The notes: a model not told the origin generated them from the letters alone. A stretch of 64,000 bases of DNA from a virus (IMGVR_UViG_3300045988_163275:43752-107751), one strand, 5' to 3'. Counted from the first letter of the stretch, positions 30,520 to 41,321 are shown. Numbers and translations are program-made.

Positions 30520-32859
30520 TTAATCTTCTAATTCATCTGTCGGTGATGTCTTCTCGCGCCTGTCATCTATTGCCTGTAACGCAGCAATGATTTCAGCTAA
30601 TGGCTTCTCCCGGTACATCTCGACGATCTGTGATTTGGTGTATTTCTTCTCGCCAATTTCCACACGCCCGCTGGCGCTCTTGGGCAGGTATCCTTCCTCC
30701 AGCATGTATTCAACCAGAGACTCGACGACGTCCAGCCCGCGAGTCGGGTCGAAGTAGAATTTCCATGAGCATTTGCCAAACGGAGGCGCGACTTTGTTTT
30801 TAATGCACTCGGCGCCAACGTCCTGTCCGATCTTCTCTTTGCCATCCTTCATGACGGATGCACCCAGACGGATGCGCACCGACGCGTAGAACTTCGGAGA
30901 GTCGCCACCCGGAGACGTAGTCGGATCGCCAAACATCACACCAATTTTGGTACGCACCTGGTTCAAGAAGATGATGCACGCGTTGTACTTACGCGCCCAA
31001 AGCGCCAGAGTAGGGAAGTTCGCACTTGTCGCGCGCGCCAGCGCCGTGTTGTCGTTCATGTTCAGCTGATCTTTGTCCTTCGCAGTGCCTTCTGCCATCT
31101 TGTCGAACTTCTCAGCCTTCGAGTTCGGAACCATCGACGCCAGAGAGTCGGCTACGATGCAGATAGGGGCTGTTTCCGGAATAAGCTCTTCGTCGCGCAC
31201 CAGCTTGAGGATTGTGCCGATCAGCTCTACGGAGTCTTCGAAGGTATCCGGCTGTTTGTAGACCCACTGACCGTCGTCTTCGTCGGCGTTCAGTCCGTTC
31301 GCTACCGCCAGACCAACGTCGAAACTGTTTTCGTGGTCAAGGAATACGGCCAGACCATCCTGTTTTTGTGCTGACACCATCGCAGCTGTCGCGAGGAATG
31401 TGTTGTGGCTGATAATCCCGTTAGACCAGAAAGAGTGTGTTTCCGGCATCGCTACGTCGAACGTTGGTGCTTCACCTTCCTCAATAGCCACGACTTCGTC
31501 GTAGAACAAGTTAGAGTCAATTACCGCTGCCAGTTGTGCAAACAGATGCTCGTTAAAACGATTCTTTCTGCTAATGAAGGAGACATAGATTTCTCGCAGT
31601 TTGTCTATTCCGACACGATCGCCGCGGCCAATAACGTGATCTACCAGAACGTAGTCTTTACGAGAGGTCTTGGTGAGTGACTCGTAGAGTGATTTCACTA
31701 AGCCGCTGATGTGCGGAACGTAGCCTAAATAAGTGCGGTCAAAACTAATGTCCCGTTTGGTTGCCACTGCTAAACGAGCCGGAGACTCGAACCCAATCGT
31801 TGACAGGAAAAGGTCGTAGTTAGAGCCACTGAATGACAGCCGGTAATATATGTTTTTATAACCTGCGACGTGTTTTTCAGAGATAGTTGACGTAATCCCC
31901 AGATTCAGGAGCATGAGGCGAATTTGCTGTAGCAGCAGCCCACTCGCGCTCACAACCTCAATGCAGCGACCATCATTGATGTGGCATTCCAGCTCAAAGT
32001 AGCCGCGAAGGAATGCAATTTGAGCCTCGCTATTGGCGCGACGCACACTCAACGGAACCTGCTTGCCAGCAGCTTTCTCATACTCCAGACCATATTCTTT
32101 AAAAAGCAGCGAACGCACCTCTTTGCTAAACAGCACATGGTCTTCCGAGCCGTTATGTTTTCTCGTAACTGGCATCTTGTCTGATACCAGCGAAATGAGG
32201 CGGTAGTACTCATCCTTGATGAATGGATCTGTGTTAGAAAAATGCACAGAATTTTCAGAGGCCACGTATCCGTCAGCAATTAAATAGCCCATCAGTTTTG
32301 CGATATTGGCATCCAAGTGCTGATCGCCGAATTGATGTGTGCCAACCATTGAAGGAATCGTGTCGCCTACACTGATTTTTTCAGCATACCGCCAGACGAT
32401 ATTGCCTAAGTCGTCAACCACACGAATTGGGTGACGGAACGTAGCCTCGATGTAACCCCCTGATGCCAGCTTAATGCGCTTGAATTTGCGACGGTTGTTC
32501 CATGTCAGGTGTGAGGTCTTCTCTATCACGCCATTTTCATTGATGAGTCCAACGTTATGCTCTACATCGCGAGTAGTGCATGTTGCTTTGTGCCCCTCAA
32601 TCTCAAACAGTTCTTTCACTGTTACCATTCCACGCTCCGTCAGCAGCATGGTGTCTGCGGTAACACATTTCCCCGCGCTTGGTGGCCCGAAGACTTCAAC
32701 GATACGCCCACACGGAAAACCACCGTCGTAACGTCCGGAAATGGCTTTGTTCAGTGGAGGGAAACCGGAGTCAATCCAGTGGGAGACCTTCTGAATCTCG
32801 TCATTGCTGCCGATTTTCTTTTTCAGCGCCAGTGCCAGTGCGGATTTGCCTTTTGCCAT
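30520..32859 (-). CDS. RecA/UvsX-like recombinase interrupted by an intein
   Basis: N-extein ends GRIVEVFGPPSAGK; C-extein resumes TFLATAAM... and contains IIFLNQVR; 422-aa insert begins with Cys and ends HN. Confidence 0.8.
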   Translation of the reverse strand: MAKGKSALALALKKKIGSNDEIQKVSHWIDSGFPPLNKAISGRYDGGFPCGRIVEVFGPPSAGKCVTADTMLLTERGMVTVKELFEIEGHKATCTTRDVEHNVGLINENGVIEKTSHLTWNNRRKFKRIKLASGGYIEATFRHPIRVVDDLGNIVWRYAEKISVGDTIPSMVGTHQFGDQHLDANIAKLMGYLIADGYVASENSVHFSNTDPFIKDEYYRLISLVSDKMPVTRKHNGSEDHVLFSKEVRSLLFKEYGLEYEKAAGKQVPLSVRRANSEAQIAFLRGYFELECHINDGRCIEVVSASGLLLQQIRLMLLNLGITSTISEKHVAGYKNIYYRLSFSGSNYDLFLSTIGFESPARLAVATKRDISFDRTYLGYVPHISGLVKSLYESLTKTSRKDYVLVDHVIGRGDRVGIDKLREIYVSFISRKNRFNEHLFAQLAAVIDSNLFYDEVVAIEEGEAPTFDVAMPETHSFWSNGIISHNTFLATAAMVSAQKQDGLAVFLDHENSFDVGLAVANGLNADEDDGQWVYKQPDTFEDSVELIGTILKLVRDEELIPETAPICIVADSLASMVPNSKAEKFDKMAEGTAKDKDQLNMNDNTALARATSANFPTLALWARKYNACIIFLNQVRTKIGVMFGDPTTSPGGDSPKFYASVRIRLGASVMKDGKEKIGQDVGAECIKNKVAPPFGKCSWKFYFDPTRGLDVVESLVEYMLEEGYLPKSASGRVEIGEKKYTKSQIVEMYREKPLAEIIAALQAIDDRREKTSPTDELED
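31402..32667 (-). mobile_element. intein with LAGLIDADG homing endonuclease domain inside the Walker A motif
   Basis: Insert CVTADTML...GIISHN followed by Thr +1; two LAGLIDADG-like blocks LMGYLIADGYV and IAFLRGYFELECH; excision gives GPPSAGKT. Confidence 0.7.
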
Positions 32860-32861
32860 GA

Positions 32862-33134
32862 TTAGGCTCCTTTTGATTCGTTGATTCGCTTCGAAGCAGC
32901 GGCTTCGTCAAACTTGATTGCGTCGTGGTTCAGGTGTTTGGCGACGCGAGCGATGATCTTCACGACCTGCTCACTGACCAGCGCGAACTCACGCTCAGTA
33001 GCAGAAATGCCAGCAGCGCCCAGAATGTTCGGCAGCGCTACCACAGCGTGCTCGCCGTGGCAGAAAACAATCTCCTTTGCCAGCATGGTTGGCGTAGTTG
33101 CCCCGCCATTAATGATGGATTTCAGCATCAGCAA
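32862..33134 (-). CDS. hypothetical small protein
   Basis: 90-aa ORF between flap endonuclease and recA-like gene. Confidence 0.35.
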   Translation of the reverse strand: MLMLKSIINGGATTPTMLAKEIVFCHGEHAVVALPNILGAAGISATEREFALVSEQVVKIIARVAKHLNHDAIKFDEAAASKRINESKGA

Positions 33135-34123
33135 TACCTCTCAAACGGCAGAACAAACACTTCCAGATCTTCCAGAAACGAACGGAAATTCAGCTCGTAA
33201 CACATCTGTTCAAAGGCGCTCATATCGCGTGCGCCTTTAATCGACTCGATTTCGCTGGGTGGGAATTTTGTGTCGATAAGGTTCATCAGCATCATGTTGC
33301 GCTTAAAGGCTTCGAGCATCCGGCAGCCCGTCTTCTCGTTGAAGGCGTTCTTTGCCAGCTTGTTGAATGCCGTCTTATAGCGACCTTTGTTGATGACAAT
33401 GGAACCGTCGTTAATGCCGCGTACCATTGCGGCCACGCTTCCCCATTCATGAAGCAGCTCTTTCGCGCCACCATCACCAATGCCACCTACGCCTTTGATG
33501 TTGTCCGAGTTATCGCCCTGCAACGCTTTCGCTTCCAGAAACGCGCGTGGGGTCGGCAGACCGGTCAGCTCTGCGAACTGTTCGAAGTTCACCTGCTTGT
33601 GCTTGGCGTCTTCACGCAGGCTTATCCAGCTCACGTTCTCACGAACAAGCTGGAGCCAGTCGCCATCGCCCGTTAGCAGATAGATATGGTCAACAGTCGG
33701 CTGCGGAGCCAGACGAGAGACCAGCATTCCAGCCAGGTCATCCGCTTCTGCGTCCTTTGCAATGAGTTGGTTAACGCCCAGCGCGGTCATCATTTTCAAG
33801 ATGTACGGCTTCTGGATGGCAAAGCCTTCTTTCATCTTCTTCATGTCCGGGTCGTCGTCGCGGTTCGCTTTGTACTCCGGGTAGAAGTCGCGACGTTTGT
33901 CGCTGAATCCATCCCACAAGATCATTGGCCGGGCATGGAGAATTGAGGCGTAACGACGAACGTTCTTCACGAAGCCAAAAGTCGCCTGAACTTCCATCTC
34001 GCCGTTGTGTAATTTGTCGGATTGCTGGTGGTAATAGCCCAGGCTGTTACCGTCCACAAAGAGATAATTCACCGGTACACTCCTTCCAAAAAGTAAGGCG
34101 TCCGCAGACGCCTTACTGGTCAC
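33128..34123 (-). CDS. flap endonuclease / 5'-3' exonuclease
   Basis: N-terminal LFVDGNSLGY, central AKDAEADDLAGM, H3TH-like GDNSDNIKGVGGIG motifs. Confidence 0.85.
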   Translation of the reverse strand: MTSKASADALLFGRSVPVNYLFVDGNSLGYYHQQSDKLHNGEMEVQATFGFVKNVRRYASILHARPMILWDGFSDKRRDFYPEYKANRDDDPDMKKMKEGFAIQKPYILKMMTALGVNQLIAKDAEADDLAGMLVSRLAPQPTVDHIYLLTGDGDWLQLVRENVSWISLREDAKHKQVNFEQFAELTGLPTPRAFLEAKALQGDNSDNIKGVGGIGDGGAKELLHEWGSVAAMVRGINDGSIVINKGRYKTAFNKLAKNAFNEKTGCRMLEAFKRNMMLMNLIDTKFPPSEIESIKGARDMSAFEQMCYELNFRSFLEDLEVFVLPFERYC

Positions 34124-34132
34124 GTTATGGGA

Positions 34133-35149
34133 TTACAGAGCGTCCAGTTCAGCCAGCAGGTTATCGAGACCTTCATCAGCTGGTACAGATGCAGCGGCAG
34201 CAGATGCTGAAGCACTTGCGGCTTCGGTGGCTTCCGGAGCTTTCGCTTCTTCCGGTTTGAACTCAGCTTCAGCTGCACGCAGGATCTCTTCATCAACCAG
34301 GCTGGTGGACTCTGGCGCCGGAGTATGTGCTGTAGCGACAGCAGCTGCGCCTTCCGTATGTCCAGTGATAGAGCCAAAGCCTGGCAGTCCAGCTGCGGCT
34401 GATTTTGCAGCGGAAGAAATGGCTGGTGAGGACATAGTTGCTGCCGGAGCCGCAATACCAATCAGACGACCCATAGTGCGAGCCGTGGACAGCAAACGAG
34501 TTTCGTCAGACTGGTTCGCATATGCGATCAGATCGTGTTGGGTAGTCCAGAGCTTCTCAGGAATGTCGCCTTTGTAGACTTTACGTTTCGGGGATACGTC
34601 GTACTTGGTGTCACGACCGGAACCGGTGCGTTTAATCAGGAACGCATAGCCTTCTTCTTTGCTCAGTGGGTTGCCAATATCGTCCGCAATATCTTCGGAC
34701 ATCACTTTGCAGATATCGTCGAAGACCGTAGACGGCAGCTCAATTAGCTGGCATTTCTCTGCGTCCGCAAAGTCTTCACGCGCAGACAGAACACCGTTGA
34801 CCAGATAACGCGGCGTAGCACGCATACTATTAATGCGCTCTTCCATCGCTTTGTTGCCCTTAAAGCGAGCGCGACCTTCCATAACCATCTCACACAGCTG
34901 GCAAGCGTGGCCGTGGGTGTGTTGTTCGCAGATATAGGCGGTGGTTACATCTTTGCCTTCCTCATTCTGATGCTTAACGTAGTGCATACCGAAAGTCTGG
35001 AAGAACACGCCATTCGGATCGTCCTTGTTCGGAAAAATGCGCAGATAGTTATTGCCATCTTTCAGACGGGTCAAATCAATGTTATTGCCACGTTTGGAAG
35101 CAATATCGCCACGGGTCTTGTTAAGCAGATCAAGTAATGACTTAGACAT
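34133..35149 (-). CDS. single-stranded DNA-binding protein (T4 gp32-like)
   Basis: LRIFPNK block, putative zinc ligands CEQHTHGHACQLC, Ala/Ser-rich linker and acidic tail DEGLDNLLAELDAL. Confidence 0.65.
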   Translation of the reverse strand: MSKSLLDLLNKTRGDIASKRGNNIDLTRLKDGNNYLRIFPNKDDPNGVFFQTFGMHYVKHQNEEGKDVTTAYICEQHTHGHACQLCEMVMEGRARFKGNKAMEERINSMRATPRYLVNGVLSAREDFADAEKCQLIELPSTVFDDICKVMSEDIADDIGNPLSKEEGYAFLIKRTGSGRDTKYDVSPKRKVYKGDIPEKLWTTQHDLIAYANQSDETRLLSTARTMGRLIGIAAPAATMSSPAISSAAKSAAAGLPGFGSITGHTEGAAAVATAHTPAPESTSLVDEEILRAAEAEFKPEEAKAPEATEAASASASAAAASVPADEGLDNLLAELDAL

Positions 35150-35268
35150 GTATTTCTCCTTGTTGTGATTGTGGCCATTGGCGCTATGCGCATTGGGCGT
35201 TCGTTTGTTCGTGGCTCTTTCGAGCGAGAAGAATGATAGATCAGTACTTACTTACTATCTAGCATAAA

Positions 35269-35742
35269 TTAACGGGGTAAATGGAATCGTTCGGCCCCCA
35301 GACGCTCTATCTCTACGATAGCCATCTTCGACGCCTGGACAATCATATCGCGGCGGTGGGAGAAGGCGGCTACAGCGTGCTTGTACAGGTCTGCAATGTG
35401 TCGAGCATCGTCGAGTTTCTGGCGCTTTGCGAGGTATTGCGGGTTGGTTCTAACCTTCGCTTCCAGTACTGATTCATTAAACTTAATTCCATTCATACTC
35501 AAGCTCTTACGCTCGTTGTCATAGATTTTTGCCTCGATCGCGTCGAGAGAGAGTTTTGCATCTGCAACCTCACGTTCTGCCCGTGCCAGCTTAGAGCCAT
35601 ACTCCATCAACAGACGCGGTTGCTGACGCCAGACTTCCTCCAGATTGTCGCGGTCGAACTCCAGATCGGACATGATTTTTTCGTAGATATCGGTGCTCAT
35701 AAAGTTATCTATATACTTATTTTCGTATATCAATTTTATCAT
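35269..35742 (-). CDS. hypothetical protein (possible recombination mediator, unverified)
   Basis: 157-aa ORF located between SSB and polymerase genes. Confidence 0.35.
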   Translation of the reverse strand: MIKLIYENKYIDNFMSTDIYEKIMSDLEFDRDNLEEVWRQQPRLLMEYGSKLARAEREVADAKLSLDAIEAKIYDNERKSLSMNGIKFNESVLEAKVRTNPQYLAKRQKLDDARHIADLYKHAVAAFSHRRDMIVQASKMAIVEIERLGAERFHLPR

Positions 35743-35809
35743 GTTGGAATCAGGCGGTGGAGCTGGCTTGCTGAAGAACTTGAGGGCTGACGTAGATAAG
35801 CTGATGTAA

Positions 35810-36370
35810 ATGGGGATAATTCTGATAACCTGTAGTCAGTACTGCGTAGTCGCAGATGCTCTGTATAGCCACGGTTGCGATGATGCGCTCATTTGCTACT
35901 ACGGAAACTCAGTGTATGTAGAATTTGACCGAGAAGCTAAATCTTTAGATGAAGCAATCGAATCGGCAATCCTTGATATTGAAACAGCAGGCATTGGCGC
36001 AGTGGTGGAATCGGTAGATTCAGCACTGGTAGGCTTGAGCGATATTGCTCAACTCTCTGGCTTAACGCGCCAGGCTATTACTCTGCTTAAAGACGGATTA
36101 CGTGGCAAAGGTGATTTTCCTTGCCCTGTTCAGCGTATCAGCGGTCAGTCTCCACTCTGGGACTGGGCGGAAGTCGCTAAATGGTTGAATGACTGCGGTC
36201 GTCTTGACAGCAAAGACGAAAAAGCACGGGAAGAACTGGTGCGTAACGCGCGCACATTGAGTACGTGGAATCTTGCCCTGCGTATAAGATCGTTGGGCGA
36301 CATTCATGAGGTGGAGAGAGTTACTCGCTCACTCAGTCACTCGCAAGACTGCGAAAAAATTTGCGCATAA
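35810..36370 (+). CDS. hypothetical protein with HTH-like segment
   Basis: LSDIAQLSGLTRQAITLL helix-turn-helix-like; plus-strand gene ending at a terminator hairpin. Confidence 0.4.
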   Translation: MGIILITCSQYCVVADALYSHGCDDALICYYGNSVYVEFDREAKSLDEAIESAILDIETAGIGAVVESVDSALVGLSDIAQLSGLTRQAITLLKDGLRGKGDFPCPVQRISGQSPLWDWAEVAKWLNDCGRLDSKDEKAREELVRNARTLSTWNLALRIRSLGDIHEVERVTRSLSHSQDCEKICA

Positions 36371-36395
36371 AACCCGCCAAATGGCGGGTTTTTCT
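36371..36395. terminator. bidirectional rho-independent terminator
   Basis: CCCGCC aaat GGCGGG flanked by AAAA and TTTTT, between convergent genes. Confidence 0.65.
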
Positions 36396-36398
36396 TTA

Positions 36399-39300
36399 TT
36401 ACTTATTTATCGTCTCCGCAATATCAGTCAGAATGGCCTCCAGTCGCTCTCCTTCTTCCGGTCGGAAGTAAAGGATATTCGGGTTAAATCCGTAGAAAAC
36501 GGTCGCATCCAGCTCCGGCAGATACTCTTTGCGTCCAACCAGGTCGGATGGTTTGCTCTTGTTGTTGAAGAGCGACGTCGCCCGGCTGCCACACGTCAGT
36601 ACATAGGTCGGACGCACCAGATTGATCTCTTCACGCATAAAGTCGGTGAACTGGCCGATCTCGTCTTTGGTGTAGTCCTTCTCTTTGTCCTTCACCTTTT
36701 TGCACACGCCGGTGACGTAGAGATCGCCCATACGCAGATCGCCGGCAGTAAGCAACTTCGCCTTAAAGTCGTCGTAGCCGTTCTCCATGAAGTAGCCGGT
36801 ACGCCCATCATTGCCGTTCGCGTTGTCCAGAATGACCATGATTTTCGGCTTAATGCCAATGCTTGGGCGGATCAGGTCGTCTCCCAGACCCATTTCGGCC
36901 GCCATGCGAGTCATCAGTGCATTCACCTCGGCAGAGCGCTTAGGGTTCATCTCGAACGGTCGAGAGGCTTTTACAGCGTCGATCACCAGATTGCCCATCA
37001 ACTCTGCCTGGTCGCGCAGTCGTTCCGGATCTGTCGCTGGCAGACTGCCAGACTCAATCGATGCGAACGCACCGACTCTTTGCAGTGATTCGCGTACCCG
37101 GCTGTTACATGCACGCTTCTCGACCGCTTCCTCAAATTGCTCAAGTGACTCGAATTTGCCGCCAACTTTCTCACGCGCTCTCATGATGGCCTGGCAACCA
37201 TTCTCAGAGCAGCCTTTCACAGCAGAGAATGGTGCATACAGAACCTGACTGCCGTCTTCCAGCGTGCGGATCTCAATTCGGTTAGATGACACGTTAACGT
37301 CTGGTGGCAATACGCGAATGCCATAGGTCAGCGCATCCTTAACCAGCCCCTGGTGCTTATCCTCGCCCAGAATGGTGAGCGCAGCAGCGAAGAACTCAGC
37401 AGGGTAATGTGTCTTTAACCACATAGACTGATAGCTGATTAAAGAATAAGCAACACTGTGTGATTTGTTGAAGGCATATCCACCGAACTTCTCAAAGGCG
37501 TCCCATATTTCTTGGGCTTTTTCCTTACTGAGACCTTCTTGTTCAGAGACGATCTCCACGTAGTCTATGCCGTCACTAATAGCCTCGCTGTAGCTTCTAC
37601 GCTTACCGTCTGAGCAATCCAATTTTGCGTGTTTGTGAACCTCTACAGTACCTCCATTTTTGAGTGACAGTGTCACCCAGCCTGCTTGTGCTCGTTCTAC
37701 AAAATCGCTGCCGATCGCTTTCATCTTATCCATGTTCTTTTTACCGATAGCGGAACGCAGAGCGTCTGCTTCGGCCATAGAGAACCCGGCAAGTACTCGG
37801 GAACTTTGCATGATTTGTTCCTGATAGAGCAAAACACCATTAGTCTCCCGGGTGACTTCCTCAAGACGCGGATGAATTGAATGTGGAGCCATGAAGCCTT
37901 TGGCCACGGAGACATAGTCGTCCAACATGCCGGATTGGATCGGGCCAGGTCGGAAGAGTGCGGTCGTGGCGACAACGGTTTTGAAGCTCATTGGCTCAAT
38001 GCCACCGCCCAGATCTTTAAGCAGCTTGCGCATGGGGCCGGACTCCAGCTGGAATACGCCTTGCGTGTACCCTGCAGCGAACCCATCCAGAACCTTACGA
38101 TCGTCCAGTGGAATAGCATCGAGATTGATGTCTTCCCCGGTACTCTCTTTGATGTAGCGTTTCGCGCTATCCAGCAGATCGAGCGTTGCCAGACCGAGAA
38201 CGTCCAGCTTAATCAGCCCCATCGCCTCGCAGTAACGTTTATCGAACGCAATACAGCGAGCGTTGCCACGCAGCTCGACGGGCGTGCGCTCTACCAGTGG
38301 AACGCCAGCGACGATCATCCCCGCAGCGTGACGACCAAAACCACGCATCAGGCTTTGCAGCTTACACGCCGCTTTGAACGCTTCCGGGTTTTTCGTGGCG
38401 TATTTGTCCAGGCTGGCCAGTTGCTCGCGCAGCTCTTCCAGAGACAGGCTATCGTCTTCCAGATTCTTGAACTCTTTGGATACCGCCATATCCGCAGCGT
38501 CGACACCGTAAATACGCGCAGTGTCTCGCAGCGCAGAAGCGGCGCCCAGATAGGTGAAGTTTGGAATACCGGCAACGTAATCTTCGCCATAGCGTTCATT
38601 CAGATACTCGATCACCTCATGACGACGTGCCTGGCTGAAGTCCAGATCCGCATCCGGTAAGTCAAGACGTTCAGGGTTGATGAAACGCTCAAACAGAAGA
38701 CCGTGACGGATAGGATCGACGTTGGTTATGCCTATGCACCACGCTACCAGAGAACCCGCTGACGAACCACGCCCTGGCCCAACCGGTATTCCTGTTTCAC
38801 GGCTGTGATTCATCAGATCGCGTACCATCAGGAAGTAGCCACAGAAGCCCAGACGGGTCAGTGTGTCCATTTCGTACTTCAGTCGCTCAACATACACTCG
38901 GTGCTCAGAAGCCGGTGGTGTGTAGCCAAACTCTTTAGTAGTTAGACGCTTGCGTAGCCCCGCGACAGCCAGCTTCAGCAGCGTTGCAGGCTCGTCGTCT
39001 GCCATCTTGGGCAGTGCTGGTGGCAGTTCATGCCAGCGCCATGTGCAGGCTTCAATAATGGTGTCCTGCGTTGTTGAGGCCATTGCAGCTGTTACCGGTA
39101 CGCCCATGCGAACGGAGAAGGCCTTCAGCGCTTCAAGGAGATGGCGACGACCATTAACAGCGTTATCTCGCTGGTGGGGGATGCGCAGACGATGCGGCTG
39201 GTCGATTTTGATGTTGTTCGTAACCATGTGCGCAATGTCTTTAATGTCAGCGTCGTCGATCGCTTCGTAATAAGCGGGATAGAACGCCACTGGCTCTATT

Positions 39301-39905
39301 TTCAGTGCGCTCGCCACTTTCATCGCCCGGACGTTAATCTGGTCGTAGAATGGGGTAGGGTGCGGATAAACCACGCTGTAGAAGTTATCGCGACCGCCAG
39401 CTGTGACCAGCGTACCGATAATTTTTGCGAAGTCCCGGCGCTGGAATACACTGCCAATGTCGGACGTCAGCAGGATGATGTTGCCTTTGGCATATGCGGC
39501 TGCCAGCTGCTCAAGCGCCAGACGCGGGACAAAGTAGAATTGCTCGCGCTTGTTCGCTAAGGTCATCAGTTCGCACACGTCGCGATAACCTTGTTCATTC
39601 TTTATCAGTGCCGTGAAGCAGTAGCTGCGATCACGAACTAATGATTCCATACATCTTCCTGACTCTTTCGCCAAGCGAGCGCGGTGCTCGTATGTCGGAT
39701 CGTCGACAACATTCAGCTTAACGCCACAAATTACCGACATGTCGTCGCCAGCGGCACGTTGCAGAGGGATTACACTGGCAATATTCATGCTGTCGGCGGA
39801 AATGACAGCGGTGTAGCCAGCGTCTCTCGCGATTTTCACCGCGTTTTCTGCTTTTAGAGCTGACTCTCCCAGGGAGAAGTCAGTTCTGACCATCAGAGCC
39901 TTCAT
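36399..39905 (-). CDS. dnaE: DNA polymerase III alpha subunit-like replicative polymerase (DnaE family)
   Basis: PHP-like N-terminus, GPGRGSSAGSLVAWCIGITNVDPIRHGLLFERFINPER palm motif, 1168 aa. Confidence 0.9.
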   Translation of the reverse strand: MKALMVRTDFSLGESALKAENAVKIARDAGYTAVISADSMNIASVIPLQRAAGDDMSVICGVKLNVVDDPTYEHRARLAKESGRCMESLVRDRSYCFTALIKNEQGYRDVCELMTLANKREQFYFVPRLALEQLAAAYAKGNIILLTSDIGSVFQRRDFAKIIGTLVTAGGRDNFYSVVYPHPTPFYDQINVRAMKVASALKIEPVAFYPAYYEAIDDADIKDIAHMVTNNIKIDQPHRLRIPHQRDNAVNGRRHLLEALKAFSVRMGVPVTAAMASTTQDTIIEACTWRWHELPPALPKMADDEPATLLKLAVAGLRKRLTTKEFGYTPPASEHRVYVERLKYEMDTLTRLGFCGYFLMVRDLMNHSRETGIPVGPGRGSSAGSLVAWCIGITNVDPIRHGLLFERFINPERLDLPDADLDFSQARRHEVIEYLNERYGEDYVAGIPNFTYLGAASALRDTARIYGVDAADMAVSKEFKNLEDDSLSLEELREQLASLDKYATKNPEAFKAACKLQSLMRGFGRHAAGMIVAGVPLVERTPVELRGNARCIAFDKRYCEAMGLIKLDVLGLATLDLLDSAKRYIKESTGEDINLDAIPLDDRKVLDGFAAGYTQGVFQLESGPMRKLLKDLGGGIEPMSFKTVVATTALFRPGPIQSGMLDDYVSVAKGFMAPHSIHPRLEEVTRETNGVLLYQEQIMQSSRVLAGFSMAEADALRSAIGKKNMDKMKAIGSDFVERAQAGWVTLSLKNGGTVEVHKHAKLDCSDGKRRSYSEAISDGIDYVEIVSEQEGLSKEKAQEIWDAFEKFGGYAFNKSHSVAYSLISYQSMWLKTHYPAEFFAAALTILGEDKHQGLVKDALTYGIRVLPPDVNVSSNRIEIRTLEDGSQVLYAPFSAVKGCSENGCQAIMRAREKVGGKFESLEQFEEAVEKRACNSRVRESLQRVGAFASIESGSLPATDPERLRDQAELMGNLVIDAVKASRPFEMNPKRSAEVNALMTRMAAEMGLGDDLIRPSIGIKPKIMVILDNANGNDGRTGYFMENGYDDFKAKLLTAGDLRMGDLYVTGVCKKVKDKEKDYTKDEIGQFTDFMREEINLVRPTYVLTCGSRATSLFNNKSKPSDLVGRKEYLPELDATVFYGFNPNILYFRPEEGERLEAILTDIAETINK

Positions 39906-40085
39906 GTGCTTTTACCTTTCTGGTTTTCTTGATTTTATCATTGGGGAAGCCAACGAACTTCCCATACATCGAAATCGCAACCTCTTTGGCTGACTGGTGG
40001 CACTCGGGTCTATCCGGACATGCCAAACAAGCACTGCCAGTTTCAGACGCTGCGATAAGAGAGCCGAAACATCCTTTACGCACGA

Positions 40086-41321
40086 TTAACCAAAGATCTT
40101 CTGAACCACTTCACGCGCTGCCTGTGCAGACGTGGATGGAAGTTTATTGATAAACGACTTTTCGATGCCGGCAGAGAAATCACCGCGCATCATTCCGATT
40201 TTGGCGGACAGCAGCAGCTCACGAGGCCCGATTGGCTGGCTAATCTGATGCTTTTCATAACCTTCACGGATAAGATTCGCGAACTTCACCATCTTCTCGG
40301 CGTATTCGCGGATGACGCCTGCTTCAGCCAGCATGTTGACTTCTGCCTTCGTACTCATGTACTTCACGTTTGAAACAATGCCAAAACGCGAGAAGTTCGC
40401 TGCGTTCTGGATGTTTGTGCCTTGATAGAGACCTGTTTCGTCGCCAGAGCCGTTAGTGTTGCCAGTGCCAATGAAGGCAAAGCGTTTATGCGGGGTGATG
40501 CGGCGCCAGTCCGCAGTTGCCTCTTTGATGATCAGCGGCTCTCCTTCAAGAACTGGCTGATACACACCCAGAATCTGCGGGAACGCGAAGTCATATTCAT
40601 CAGCGAGGTAAACCCAACCATTTTTCATCGCCAGCGCTAGTAAACCCGGTTCGAAATAGGTGGAACCATCGCGAGCGAGGATCTGGCCTGTAACGTGCGC
40701 TTCCTCCATAGACGCCGTATGCTGGGCGCGGATCAGTGGTCGATTTAGCAGGGCACATAGCTGCGTAGGAAGAGAAGATTTACCGGTTCCTGCATGGCCC
40801 CAGAGATAACCCGGGATTCCGATTTCCAGCATCATAAAGATGTCTTTGATCAGGTCGAAGTCGCCATACACATAGTTTTTCTTCGCTTCCGGTACGAACT
40901 CCGGATAGGGCGTGTTGACGTTGACTGTCACCTGTAGTGGCTTTCCGCGTGGCGTTCCCAGCTCTTTGATCGTTACGCCAAGCAGCTCGTGCGCGGCCAC
41001 CAGTTCGGTCTTGTATTCGACCGTTCCTGCGTAGCCCGGATGTGCGCTAATCTCCGCTACTTTTCCTTCGCCTGAATGCTTTTCGGCACGCTTCTCATTG
41101 AGTTTGGCCAGTGCCGTGCGAGAGATCGTTGGTTCATCTGGAAACGCAGAGGTGTACATCTTCACCACTTCGTCCACGTCCAGACCCTTCGCAGACTCAG
41201 GAATATTCTCGCAACGGCCCATAGAGATATGGGATTTCAGGTAATGAAAGGATTTGCCACACCACTTGCAGACGATGGCTTCCGGCAAATGTTCTTCTTG
41301 CTGTAGTGCAGTAGCGGTCAT
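40086..41321 (-). CDS. AAA+ ATPase, MoxR/CobS-like
   Basis: Walker A LWGHAGTGKSSL, Walker B VYLADEYD. Confidence 0.7.
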   Translation of the reverse strand: MTATALQQEEHLPEAIVCKWCGKSFHYLKSHISMGRCENIPESAKGLDVDEVVKMYTSAFPDEPTISRTALAKLNEKRAEKHSGEGKVAEISAHPGYAGTVEYKTELVAAHELLGVTIKELGTPRGKPLQVTVNVNTPYPEFVPEAKKNYVYGDFDLIKDIFMMLEIGIPGYLWGHAGTGKSSLPTQLCALLNRPLIRAQHTASMEEAHVTGQILARDGSTYFEPGLLALAMKNGWVYLADEYDFAFPQILGVYQPVLEGEPLIIKEATADWRRITPHKRFAFIGTGNTNGSGDETGLYQGTNIQNAANFSRFGIVSNVKYMSTKAEVNMLAEAGVIREYAEKMVKFANLIREGYEKHQISQPIGPRELLLSAKIGMMRGDFSAGIEKSFINKLPSTSAQAAREVVQKIFG

